In this document: piece by piece, positions 39,326 to 48,308 of the stretch
Position numbering within the stretch: the stretch's first letter is position 1
Layout of the letters: each line of letters starts with the position of its first letter
IMG/VR virus record: IMGVR_UViG_3300027963_000039
DNA length: 64,000 nt
Strand: one strand, 5' to 3'
DNA from: a virus
Made by a program: the position numbers and the translations under genes
Notes under the pieces: model-generated
The model's database searches: none
What the model was told of the DNA's origin: nothing
What the model saw: the letters and a program-made list of their open reading frames with translations, nothing else

Positions 39326-40510
39326 ATGGCAAAATTTAATCTGTCCGAAGCCGCTAAAGACATCCTTTCAGGAAACGTTTCTGCTAAACAGAGTGGTCAA
39401 GATAAACCATCCAAGTTGTCTGGCGATGTTGCATACGGTACTAAAGAAGTTGGCGACATCGGCACACAAGTAACTAAAACTACCGATGCTGGACCTGATG
39501 CATACAAAGGTGCACCAACAGCAACACCTCCTGGTGCAAAACCACCTGTTGGTTCTGAACCAATGAAAAAATTAAAAGGTCAACCTTCTGACCAAGGTTC
39601 TGTTGAAGAACCAGAAGGCAAGCCAATGAAGCAAACTATGTCTATGAACAAGGGTGCTACTTTCCAACAATACGAAGAAACTGAAGAAGATGACGTTGTT
39701 GTTGAAGAAAAAGAAGGCCATGAAGATGCTGCTCAAGATAAAGCAATGATTCAAAAAGCAGTTAAAAAAGAAAAAATGAAAGAAAAAATGAAAGAAGATG
39801 TAGATGCACTTCTTTCTGGTGAAAATCTTTCTGAAGAATTTAAAACTAAAGCAACAACTATTTTTGAAGCTGCCGTTATTGCTCGTGCAGAAGAAATTAT
39901 TTCTGAAGCTGAAGAAACTTTAACAGAACAATTTGAAGAAGCCATTGAACAAGTTAAAGAAGAATTAGCTTCTAAAGTTGATGACTATCTTAACTACATG
40001 GTTGAAGAATGGGTTAAAGAAAACGAACTTGCAATCGAAAAAGGTTTACGTGCCGAAATCGTTGAAGATTTTATTTTCGGTCTAAAAGGTTTATTCGAAG
40101 AACACTACATCGACATTCCAGAAGATAAAGTTGATGTCGTTGAAGAACTAACAAACAAAGTTTCTGAGTTGGAAGATACACTTAATGAGCAAATTAAAGT
40201 TGCAGTTGAGATGAAAAAAGAACTCAATGAACATAAGAAATTAGAGGCTATACATACAGCATGTGAAGGCCTAACTCAAACCCAAGTAGAAAAAATGAAA
40301 TCACTCGCAGAGGGTGTAGACTTTACTACGGAAGGCGATTTTATGGAAAAACTTGACATCTTAAAAGAATCATATTTCAAATCAGATGTTAAGGTCGCAC
40401 AAAATTCATCTTTTGAAGAAGTTTTAGTTGAAGAAGAAAAGAAGGCTGTTAAATCTTCTGACGCTTCAATGGAAATTTACGCAAAGACAATATCACAAAC
40501 TTTGAAATAA
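39326..40510 (+). CDS. gp22: Prohead scaffold gp22
   Basis: LSEEFKTKATTIFEAAV, VDDYLNYMVEEW, LKESYF. Confidence 0.9.
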   Translation: MAKFNLSEAAKDILSGNVSAKQSGQDKPSKLSGDVAYGTKEVGDIGTQVTKTTDAGPDAYKGAPTATPPGAKPPVGSEPMKKLKGQPSDQGSVEEPEGKPMKQTMSMNKGATFQQYEETEEDDVVVEEKEGHEDAAQDKAMIQKAVKKEKMKEKMKEDVDALLSGENLSEEFKTKATTIFEAAVIARAEEIISEAEETLTEQFEEAIEQVKEELASKVDDYLNYMVEEWVKENELAIEKGLRAEIVEDFIFGLKGLFEEHYIDIPEDKVDVVEELTNKVSELEDTLNEQIKVAVEMKKELNEHKKLEAIHTACEGLTQTQVEKMKSLAEGVDFTTEGDFMEKLDILKESYFKSDVKVAQNSSFEEVLVEEEKKAVKSSDASMEIYAKTISQTLK

Positions 40511-40517
40511 TAAAAAA

Positions 40518-40525
40518 TATAAATA
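40518..40525 (+). promoter_or_regulatory. T4-type late promoter of gp23
   Basis: TATAAATA 36 nt before the gp23 start; gp55 is encoded in the window. Confidence 0.85.
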
Positions 40526-40560
40526 TTATTTCATAGAAGATACTAAACAAGGAGAACTAT

Positions 40561-41886
40561 ATGTATCTAACCGAAGAACTACAAAAGAAATGGGCTCCAG
40601 TTTTGGAACATCCAGAACTTGAATCTATCAAAGACCCATACAAGAAAGCTGTTACAGCACTTGTTTTGGAAAACCAACAACAAGCTATGGCTCAAGATCG
40701 TCAACAATTGAACGAAACTATTGATGGCCCAACCAACGCTACTGGTTCCGCTGTTGCTAATTTCGATCCAATTTTGATCTCTTTAGTTCGCCGTGCATTA
40801 CCAAACCTTATTGCTTATGACGTTGCTGGCGTTCAGCCAATGACTGGTCCTACAGGTTTGATTTTCGCAATGCGTGCTCGTTACACAAACCAGTCTGGTA
40901 CAGAAGCTTTCTACAACGAAGCAAACACAGCATACTCTGGCGTTACTTCTGTTGCTAACCCATACGGTTTCCGTGGTACTGCTGTTACTGACGTTGCAAC
41001 AAACCCTGTTGCTGACTTGACTGCTAACGCTTTCACAACTGGTATTGCACGTACTACTGCTACCGCTGAATTCTTAGGTTCAGATAGCAACGCAATTTTC
41101 CAACAAATGGCATTCTCTATTGAGAAAGTTACTGTAACTGCTCAAAGCCGTGCGTTGAAAGCTGAATACTCTCTAGAACTTGCACAAGACTTGAAAGCAA
41201 TTCACGGTCTTGATGCTGAAACAGAATTGTCTAACATTCTGTCTACAGAGATTCTTTCCGAAATCAACCGTGAAGTTATCCGTACAATCTACACTACTGC
41301 TGTAGTTGGTGCCAGATTCGGTACTACAACTCAAGGTTACTTTGACTTAGATACAGACTCTAACGGTCGTTGGTCTGTAGAACGTTTCAAAGGTTTGATT
41401 TTCCAAATCGAACGTGATGCTAACGTTATTGCTAAAGAAACTCGTCGTGGTAAAGGTAACGTTCTGATCGTTTCTTCAGACGTTGCTTCCGCTATGGCAA
41501 TGGCTGGTGTATTACAATATACTCCTGCTCTACAAGCTGACCTACAAGTTGATGATACAGGCAATACTTTTGCTGGTATGTTACACGGTCGTATCAAAGT
41601 TTACATTGATCCATATTTTGGTGGTTACACATCTAACCAAGAATTGGTAACTGTAGGCTACAAAGGTTCATCACCATACGATGCTGGTTTGTTCTACTGC
41701 CCATACGTACCACTACAGATGGTTCGTGCAGTTGACCAATTCACATTCCAACCAAAAATTGGTTTCAAGACTCGTTACGGCATGGTTGCAAACCCATTTG
41801 CTGAAGGTTCTGGTGCTGGTCTAGGTCTATTAAACGCACGTACTAACAAGTACTATCGTATTTTTGGCGTTAAGAACTTGATGTAA
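40561..41886 (+). CDS. gp23: Major capsid protein gp23
   Basis: GVQPMTGPTGLIFAMR, SRALKAEYSLELAQDLKAIHGLDAE, FQPKIGFKTRYG. Confidence 0.97.
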   Translation: MYLTEELQKKWAPVLEHPELESIKDPYKKAVTALVLENQQQAMAQDRQQLNETIDGPTNATGSAVANFDPILISLVRRALPNLIAYDVAGVQPMTGPTGLIFAMRARYTNQSGTEAFYNEANTAYSGVTSVANPYGFRGTAVTDVATNPVADLTANAFTTGIARTTATAEFLGSDSNAIFQQMAFSIEKVTVTAQSRALKAEYSLELAQDLKAIHGLDAETELSNILSTEILSEINREVIRTIYTTAVVGARFGTTTQGYFDLDTDSNGRWSVERFKGLIFQIERDANVIAKETRRGKGNVLIVSSDVASAMAMAGVLQYTPALQADLQVDDTGNTFAGMLHGRIKVYIDPYFGGYTSNQELVTVGYKGSSPYDAGLFYCPYVPLQMVRAVDQFTFQPKIGFKTRYGMVANPFAEGSGAGLGLLNARTNKYYRIFGVKNLM

Positions 41887-41916
41887 TCAAGAAGTTCCCG
41901 TTAAGAGGAACATTTT

Positions 41917-41945
41917 AAAGACCACCTTCGGGTGGTCTTTTTTTT
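41917..41945 (+). terminator. Intrinsic terminator after gp23
   Basis: AAAGACCACC-TTCG-GGTGGTCTTT plus T run. Confidence 0.9.
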
Positions 41946-41988
41946 GGCTCCTAAATACACATATGAAACTAACTAAGATTAATCATAA

Positions 41989-42519
41989 ATGACAGCACTC
42001 ACTAGAGCACCTCAAAACACAAACTTGTTACAAGCTACCAAGTTTTTAATGACGTTTAGTAGAATACCAACGACAACATATTTTTGTCAAACTGTTAATT
42101 TGCCAGGTATTTCTGTTGGCCAAGCACAAATATCATTTCCATCTATTACTGCATATAGTCCAGGTAATCAAATATCTTATAACAATTTTAATATTTCGTT
42201 TACCATCGATGAAGAATTGTTATCTTGGAGAGAAATTCATAAATGGATGCTTTCTTTTGCTTCACCAAAAGGCACAGATGAAAGAAATAGATTAACGGCA
42301 CAACAAAATCAAAATACTTTGAACAGTACCAATCTAAAACAATATTCTGATGGTACTTTGACTATTTTAAATGCTTTGAATAATCCGGTATCAAAAATAC
42401 AATTTTACAATATGTTTCCATCTTCTCTTTCCGATTTGAATTTCGATACCAAATTATCGGCAGATGATATCATTACTGGCGATGCCACTTTTTATTTTGA
42501 AAGTTACGACTTTATCTAA
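41989..42519 (+). CDS. gp3: Tail completion protein gp3
   Basis: YFCQTVNLPGIS, IDEEL..EIHKW, SDGTLTIL, FPSSLS; position after gp23. Confidence 0.8.
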   Translation: MTALTRAPQNTNLLQATKFLMTFSRIPTTTYFCQTVNLPGISVGQAQISFPSITAYSPGNQISYNNFNISFTIDEELLSWREIHKWMLSFASPKGTDERNRLTAQQNQNTLNSTNLKQYSDGTLTILNALNNPVSKIQFYNMFPSSLSDLNFDTKLSADDIITGDATFYFESYDFI

Positions 42520-42527
42520 CATTAGGC

Positions 42528-42556
42528 TTGCATTTTAACATTGGTTATGTTAGTAT
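42528..42556 (+). promoter_or_regulatory. Sigma70-like promoter for uvsY-uvsW
   Basis: TTGCAT-17 nt-TAGTAT with extended -10 TG. Confidence 0.5.
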
Positions 42557-42587
42557 GTTGAATTGGTGTTAGACTATTGAATATATT

Positions 42588-43022
42588 ATGGAAAACTTAG
42601 AACAAGTATTAAAAAATTGGGAACGTGATGCAGAGATCGACCAGACGGAACCTGGCAAAGAACTCATCAAGATACCCACATTACACAACAAATACCTCTC
42701 TATTCTCACAAAGCACAAGATTGCCTCAAAGAAGGCACATTTTGATTATCTCCGTATGCGGAAGATTAAGTGGGAATATTACACAGGTAAAATGTCCCAA
42801 GAAGAACTAGAACAGTACGGTTGGGAACCTTTTCAATTCACACTCAAATCTGATATCACCACTTATTTGGAAGCAGACTCCGATTTAATTAAATTATTGG
42901 AGAAAAAAGTTTACCATGAAGAAGTTGTATCAGTAATTGAATCTATCATGCAAGAACTGAAATCAAGAACTTTCCAGTTGCGTGACTTTATTAGCTGGGA
43001 GAAATTCATAGGTGGACAGTAA
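42588..43022 (+). CDS. uvsY: Recombination mediator UvsY
   Basis: IPTLHNKYL, WEYYTGK, YLEAD, WEKFIGG. Confidence 0.9.
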   Translation: MENLEQVLKNWERDAEIDQTEPGKELIKIPTLHNKYLSILTKHKIASKKAHFDYLRMRKIKWEYYTGKMSQEELEQYGWEPFQFTLKSDITTYLEADSDLIKLLEKKVYHEEVVSVIESIMQELKSRTFQLRDFISWEKFIGGQ

Positions 43023-44499
43023 AGAACACGTTTTAATTGAAAAGGTAAATGAGGTATATTTACAAGTTGGGTGTGAAAAACATTTAGCTAAAGAGTTATC
43101 AGAATTCTTTACGTTTTTTGTACCTGGACATCAATTCGTTCCTGCATATCGTAACAAAATATGGGACGGAAAGATTCGCCTTTTTGATTTACGCAATAAC
43201 AATCTTTACATTGGCCTACTACCTTATCTAGAACAGTTTTGTGTTGAACGAAATTACACATACTCTCATAGTTTTGTTGAAGATGAGTTCTCAGTATATC
43301 ATGCAAATAAGTTTATTGAAAGCCTCAAGATACACGGAAGAGGTGAACCATTAGAAGTTCGTGAACATCAACTCAATGCATTTGTTCACTCTATGCAGTC
43401 TAAACGTTCTTTGTTAGTATCTCCCACAGCATCTGGCAAATCTCTCATCATTTATTTGTTGTTTAGACAACTGCAACAATATCAAAATTTAAAAGGTTTG
43501 GTTATTGTTCCAACCACATCTTTAGTCGAACAGTTGTATTCAGACTTTGCAGATTATAACAACGACAATATGGAACCATATCTTCATCGGATATATCAAG
43601 GCAAAGACAAGAACACAGACAAAGCTTTGACCATCTCTACATGGCAATCTTTATACAAGATGCCTAAAGAATACTTTGAACAGTTTGATTATGTGATAGG
43701 CGACGAAGCACACTTGTTCAAGGCACAATCACTAACAACAATATTGACATCGTGTATTAATGCCAAATATCGTATTGGATTAACAGGAACTTTAGACGGT
43801 ACCAAGACACACAAGTTGGTATTAGAAGGGTTGTTTGGGCCCGTAAAACAGGTCACAACGACAAAACAATTGATAGACAAGAAACAACTTGCAGAATTTC
43901 AAATCAAGTGTCTAGTTTTAAAACACGATGAAGATATAGCTAAAGAACTTCGAGAAAAAACCTATCATGAAGAAATTGACTATTTGATATCAAATGAAAA
44001 AAGAAATAAATTCATAAAAAATCTTGCAGTAAGTCTACAAAATAATACACTGGTTTTGTATCAAATGGTTGACAAACATGGGCAAATACTGTATGATCTA
44101 ATTAGAGAAACCAAGAATATTGGCGAAAGAAAAGTTTTCTTTGTTCATGGAGGAACGGACACTACAGACAGAGAAGAAATTAGAAAAATAATGGAGATAG
44201 AAAATGATGCGATTGTTGTGGCTAGTTTTGGTACCTTTTCTACTGGTATCAACATACGAAATTTACACAATATCATCTTCGCTAGCCCAAGCAAAAGTAG
44301 AGTTAGAAATTTACAAAGCATTGGTCGAGGGTTGCGGCAAGCAGAAGGAAAAGATATTGCCACACTCTACGACATCGCAGATGATTTGAGAGTTGGAAAA
44401 CACATGAACTTTACTTTAAAACACTTCGTGGAAAGAACACGTATATATAATGAGGAGAGATTCCCATTCAAAATCTACAAGATAGGACTAAAAAAATGA
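43012..44499 (+). CDS. uvsW: Helicase UvsW
   Basis: WDGKIRLF, SPTASGKS, DEAH, LQSIGRGLR. Confidence 0.95.
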   Translation: MDSKEHVLIEKVNEVYLQVGCEKHLAKELSEFFTFFVPGHQFVPAYRNKIWDGKIRLFDLRNNNLYIGLLPYLEQFCVERNYTYSHSFVEDEFSVYHANKFIESLKIHGRGEPLEVREHQLNAFVHSMQSKRSLLVSPTASGKSLIIYLLFRQLQQYQNLKGLVIVPTTSLVEQLYSDFADYNNDNMEPYLHRIYQGKDKNTDKALTISTWQSLYKMPKEYFEQFDYVIGDEAHLFKAQSLTTILTSCINAKYRIGLTGTLDGTKTHKLVLEGLFGPVKQVTTTKQLIDKKQLAEFQIKCLVLKHDEDIAKELREKTYHEEIDYLISNEKRNKFIKNLAVSLQNNTLVLYQMVDKHGQILYDLIRETKNIGERKVFFVHGGTDTTDREEIRKIMEIENDAIVVASFGTFSTGINIRNLHNIIFASPSKSRVRNLQSIGRGLRQAEGKDIATLYDIADDLRVGKHMNFTLKHFVERTRIYNEERFPFKIYKIGLKK

Positions 44500-45065
44500 A
44501 TAACATTAAAGATTTTGATTTGAATATTCCTATACATGTAGTAAGTTTAAAAGAACACTTTGAGATAAAACCTGTTATTTTAGACCTTATAGAAAAATCA
44601 GTTAACGAAAAATTAGTTAATGTTGCAGAAATGGTTAGTAAAACAGATTGGAGATATTCGAATAGTTCCGATAGAAAATATTTAAATTTTGTTATGCCTT
44701 TTTTTCAAAAAAATCTTTTTGGAGTTTGTAAAAAATATAATTCTATAGGATTAAAAATTGGAAATGCTTGGTTCCAACAATACCTTCAAGACGATGTGCA
44801 TGAATGGCATATACATGGTTATTCACATCTTAGTGCAGTATATTTTTTAGAAATTCCAAATAATACAGTTAAAACAGAAATAAAAGATTTATCAAATAAT
44901 ATTATACAATATGAAGCTAATGAAGGTGATATAGTTATTTTCCCATCTTTTTTATATCATCGTTCTCCTATGAACAAAACAAAAAGTAGAAAAACTATAA
45001 TCAGTTTAAATATTGATTTATCACAAAAATATTCGGAAGTTGTGTGGCGTCCACATAATATATAG
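44496..45065 (+). CDS. 2OG-Fe(II) oxygenase family protein
   Basis: HEWHIH, LSAVYFL, EGDIVIFPSFLYH, RKTIISLN. Confidence 0.8.
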   Translation: MNNIKDFDLNIPIHVVSLKEHFEIKPVILDLIEKSVNEKLVNVAEMVSKTDWRYSNSSDRKYLNFVMPFFQKNLFGVCKKYNSIGLKIGNAWFQQYLQDDVHEWHIHGYSHLSAVYFLEIPNNTVKTEIKDLSNNIIQYEANEGDIVIFPSFLYHRSPMNKTKSRKTIISLNIDLSQKYSEVVWRPHNI

Positions 45066-45105
45066 AAAATGATCCATTCAATTTTTAAAAAATAGGACTA
45101 AAAAA

Positions 45106-45480
45106 ATGAACAATATCAGAATAGTTCGACTAAAGAGTGGTGAAGATATAATTGGAAACATATGCGATCAAAACGGTATGATACAATTAGACTCTCCGAT
45201 GTCAGTTTCTTTGGTTACAAAAAACGGAACTAAAGGAATGTTGGTTATGAATCATTGGTTGCCAATACAATTAATTAAAAAGAATGAAATAAAAATTTCT
45301 TCTAACGATGTGTTAACAACTTTTGAACCAACCGATGAACTCTCTGAGTACTACTCCGATACAGTAAAAAAACTTGCATCATTGTTGGAAGCTAAAGAAC
45401 TTGCAGATCAAATGAGAGATGAAGATATTCAGGAAATTATGGATGCCTTAGAAGAAGGTACTGGAGAAACAATACATTGA
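45106..45480 (+). CDS. Conserved hypothetical protein (Sm-like) preceding gp55
   Basis: IVRLKSGEDIIG..HWLP..YY motif; usual position between uvsW and gp55. Confidence 0.65.
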   Translation: MNNIRIVRLKSGEDIIGNICDQNGMIQLDSPMSVSLVTKNGTKGMLVMNHWLPIQLIKKNEIKISSNDVLTTFEPTDELSEYYSDTVKKLASLLEAKELADQMRDEDIQEIMDALEEGTGETIH

Positions 45481-45564
45481 TACTGAAGCAGCAACACACC
45501 GAAATTTACACGTTGTCAAGCTGTTTGTCAATACATTAAATGGTATACTTGAAATGGAATTATT

Positions 45565-46101
45565 ATGACAAAACAAACACACTATATAAACAACCAAGAT
45601 TTTCTCAAAGCTTTGATTGAATATCAAGCAGCTAGTGACTTGGCAAAAAAAGAAAATCGTACTGCACCTGCAATACCAAATTATATTGGTGAATGCTTTA
45701 TGAAGATTGCAGAAGGTCTATCTCACAAACCTAACTTCATTAACTATACTTATAGGGATGAAATGGTATCCGATGGTATTGAAAATTGTTTACAGTACTT
45801 TGCAAACTTTGATCCAACCAAGTCAAGTAATCCATTTGCATATTTTACACAAATCATTTACTTTGCTTTTCTTAGAAGAATACAAAAAGAAAAGAAACAG
45901 TTATACGTTAAATATAAATCAGCTGAACAAACTGGTATTCTAGATGAACATGAGTTTATGGAACTGGAAGATGGTACATTTAAACAGTTTCAATTATACG
46001 ATAATATTGCCGAATTCATAGAGAATTTTGAGGTAGCTAAAGAAGCCAAAAAGGCAACAACTAAAAAAGTAAAAGGTTTGGAGAAATTTTTAGATGAGTA
46101 A
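45565..46101 (+). CDS. gp55: Late-transcription sigma factor gp55
   Basis: HYINN, YIGECFMKIAEGLS, NPFAYFTQIIYFAFLRRIQKEKKQ. Confidence 0.95.
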   Translation: MTKQTHYINNQDFLKALIEYQAASDLAKKENRTAPAIPNYIGECFMKIAEGLSHKPNFINYTYRDEMVSDGIENCLQYFANFDPTKSSNPFAYFTQIIYFAFLRRIQKEKKQLYVKYKSAEQTGILDEHEFMELEDGTFKQFQLYDNIAEFIENFEVAKEAKKATTKKVKGLEKFLDE

Positions 46102-46522
46102 AATGAAAATAGGATTCACTTGTTCCACATTTGATTTGTTTCATGCCGGTCATATGATGATGTTGAAAGAGGCAAAAAAACAATGTGACCACCTTATAGT
46201 TGGATTACAAACCGATCCAACCATAGATCGTCCTGATACCAAAAATAAACCGGTACAAACATTATTTGAAAGGTTTGTGCAGTTGGATTCCTGCAAATAT
46301 GTGGATGAAGTAATTCCATATTCTACCGAAAAAGAATTGATGGACATATTGCTTTCTTATCCAATTGATGTTAGAATTATAGGAGAAGAATACAAAGATA
46401 AACCTTTCACGGGTCGTGAATTAGATATTGATGTATATTATAACTCTCGCAAACATAGTTTTAGCACAACTTCTTTGCGTAAAAGAGTTCGTGAGTCTGA
46501 AGAAAGGAAACAAAATGTATAA
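46094..46522 (+). CDS. Cytidylyltransferase (TagD-like)
   Basis: TFDLFHAGH, LIVGLQTDP, YVDEVIPY, STTSLRKR. Confidence 0.85.
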   Translation: MSKMKIGFTCSTFDLFHAGHMMMLKEAKKQCDHLIVGLQTDPTIDRPDTKNKPVQTLFERFVQLDSCKYVDEVIPYSTEKELMDILLSYPIDVRIIGEEYKDKPFTGRELDIDVYYNSRKHSFSTTSLRKRVRESEERKQNV

Positions 46523-46682
46523 AGTTTGCTATTACCCAACTAACACAGAAACATCAGTTTTTTTTAAGTGGTTTAAATCACTACAAGAAGCCGTATCATT
46601 TACTAATACTAGACCCATCAATTCAGTTTTAGAAATTAAATATTATGACGATGTTGACCACAAAAAACCAGACCGAAACTAA
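46515..46682 (+). CDS. Small hypothetical protein
   Basis: AAGGA SD before ATG 46515; overlaps both neighbours. Confidence 0.5.
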   Translation: MYKVCYYPTNTETSVFFKWFKSLQEAVSFTNTRPINSVLEIKYYDDVDHKKPDRN

Positions 46683-47760
46683 AGTTGCCATTATAACGGA
46701 TCAACACTTCGGTGCCAGAAACGATTCTGTTCATTTTCTAGACTTTTATGAAAAGTTCTATCGTGACACATTTTTTCCAAAATTAAAACAGGAAAACATT
46801 AAAACTGTATTGATACTAGGTGACACTTTTGATCGCCGAAAGTATGTCAACTTTTATTCTTTGAAGCGAACAAAAGAAATGTTCTTTGACATTTTGGCAA
46901 AAGAATCAATCGATGTTTATATGTTGGCAGGAAATCATGATACGTATTTTAAAAATACTAACGATGTAAATTCTGTTGACTTGTTATTGCGTGAATATGA
47001 CAACATCACAGTAATCGATACTCCACAAACCATACATCTGGATTATAGAGATGTAAACTCTGACGTTTGCATGATTCCTTGGATTTGTGCAGAGAACTAT
47101 GAACAATCTCTGGCAGAAATTAAAAACACATCATCCACACTTTGCATGGGACACTTTGAAATTGCTGGTTTCGCTATGCATCGTGGCATGCCTTCAGCGG
47201 AAGGATTGAATCGTGATATATTCAGACGATTCGATAAGGTGTTTAGTGGTCACTACCATCATCGTTCGAGTTCGGACAACATCACCTATCTTGGCAATCC
47301 TTACGAACTAACTTGGCAAGATTACAATGATGTTCGTGGATTCCATATTTTTGATTTGGCTGATAGGAATTTAGAATTTATTCCTAATCCTAATGTAATG
47401 TTTCACCGAATCATTTATAATGATAAAGAGGAATCAATTACAGAAATCAACAACAAAGACCTATCAAAATATACCAACACATATGTGAAAGTTGTGGTAT
47501 TGAATAAGACTAATCCTTATCTGTTTGATAAGTTTATGAACAATTTATACAATATCAATCCAGTCGATATTACCATTGCTGAAGATTTTACTGACTTGAC
47601 AGAAGGTGTTGAAGATGATATGATAGATCAAGCAGAAGATACCATCACAATCATTAATAAGTTTGTGGATGGAATCAAAGAAGAACACATTGATAATGAA
47701 AAATTGAAAACTATAATGCGTGAATTGTATGTGGAAGCATTAAATTTGGATCAAGCATGA
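46645..47760 (+). CDS. gp47: Recombination endonuclease gp47 (Mre11/SbcD-like)
   Basis: TDQHFG, LGDTFDRRK, GNHD, SGHYH. Confidence 0.93.
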   Translation: MTMLTTKNQTETKVAIITDQHFGARNDSVHFLDFYEKFYRDTFFPKLKQENIKTVLILGDTFDRRKYVNFYSLKRTKEMFFDILAKESIDVYMLAGNHDTYFKNTNDVNSVDLLLREYDNITVIDTPQTIHLDYRDVNSDVCMIPWICAENYEQSLAEIKNTSSTLCMGHFEIAGFAMHRGMPSAEGLNRDIFRRFDKVFSGHYHHRSSSDNITYLGNPYELTWQDYNDVRGFHIFDLADRNLEFIPNPNVMFHRIIYNDKEESITEINNKDLSKYTNTYVKVVVLNKTNPYLFDKFMNNLYNINPVDITIAEDFTDLTEGVEDDMIDQAEDTITIINKFVDGIKEEHIDNEKLKTIMRELYVEALNLDQA

Positions 47761-48308
47761 ACTGGAAAATTGTAAATAATATTTTTACTTCTGAAGAATT
47801 GGATAAGATGTGTGAGTACTTTGACACACATGGAGAGTTGGTTAAAGGTTCAACTCCAATGAATTCTAGTAAATGGAGAATATCTGATGTTTGTTTTTAT
47901 GACAGAAAAAATAAAGATGTTGAATGGATCTTTAAAAAACTAGACACCGAAATTATAAAAAATAACAATAAACATTTTGGTTTTAAATTGAATGCTTACG
48001 ATTTTTTTCAATATAGCGTTTATAATGATTTTGAAAATGGTCAATATAGATTTCATATGGATACAACCGAAAGCCAATCAAAAGTTAGAAAGTTGTCAAT
48101 ATCATTAATATTAAATGAACAGGGTGTTGATTTTGAGGGCGGTGATTTTGTTTTTAATATGGCCAATGAGAACAAACCATGTAAAGTGGAATTGACTAGG
48201 GGTTCAATGATTCTTTTTCCTTCATATCTTTTACACGCTGTTACTCCTGTAACAAAAGGTACTAGAAAATCTGTTGTTATTTGGGTTGAAGGTCCTTCAT
48301 TCGTATGA
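47757..48308 (+). CDS. 2OG-Fe(II) oxygenase (prolyl-hydroxylase-like)
   Basis: FHMD, RKLSISLILN, FEGGDF, FPSYLLHAVTPVTKGTRKSVVIW. Confidence 0.88.
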   Translation: MNWKIVNNIFTSEELDKMCEYFDTHGELVKGSTPMNSSKWRISDVCFYDRKNKDVEWIFKKLDTEIIKNNNKHFGFKLNAYDFFQYSVYNDFENGQYRFHMDTTESQSKVRKLSISLILNEQGVDFEGGDFVFNMANENKPCKVELTRGSMILFPSYLLHAVTPVTKGTRKSVVIWVEGPSFV

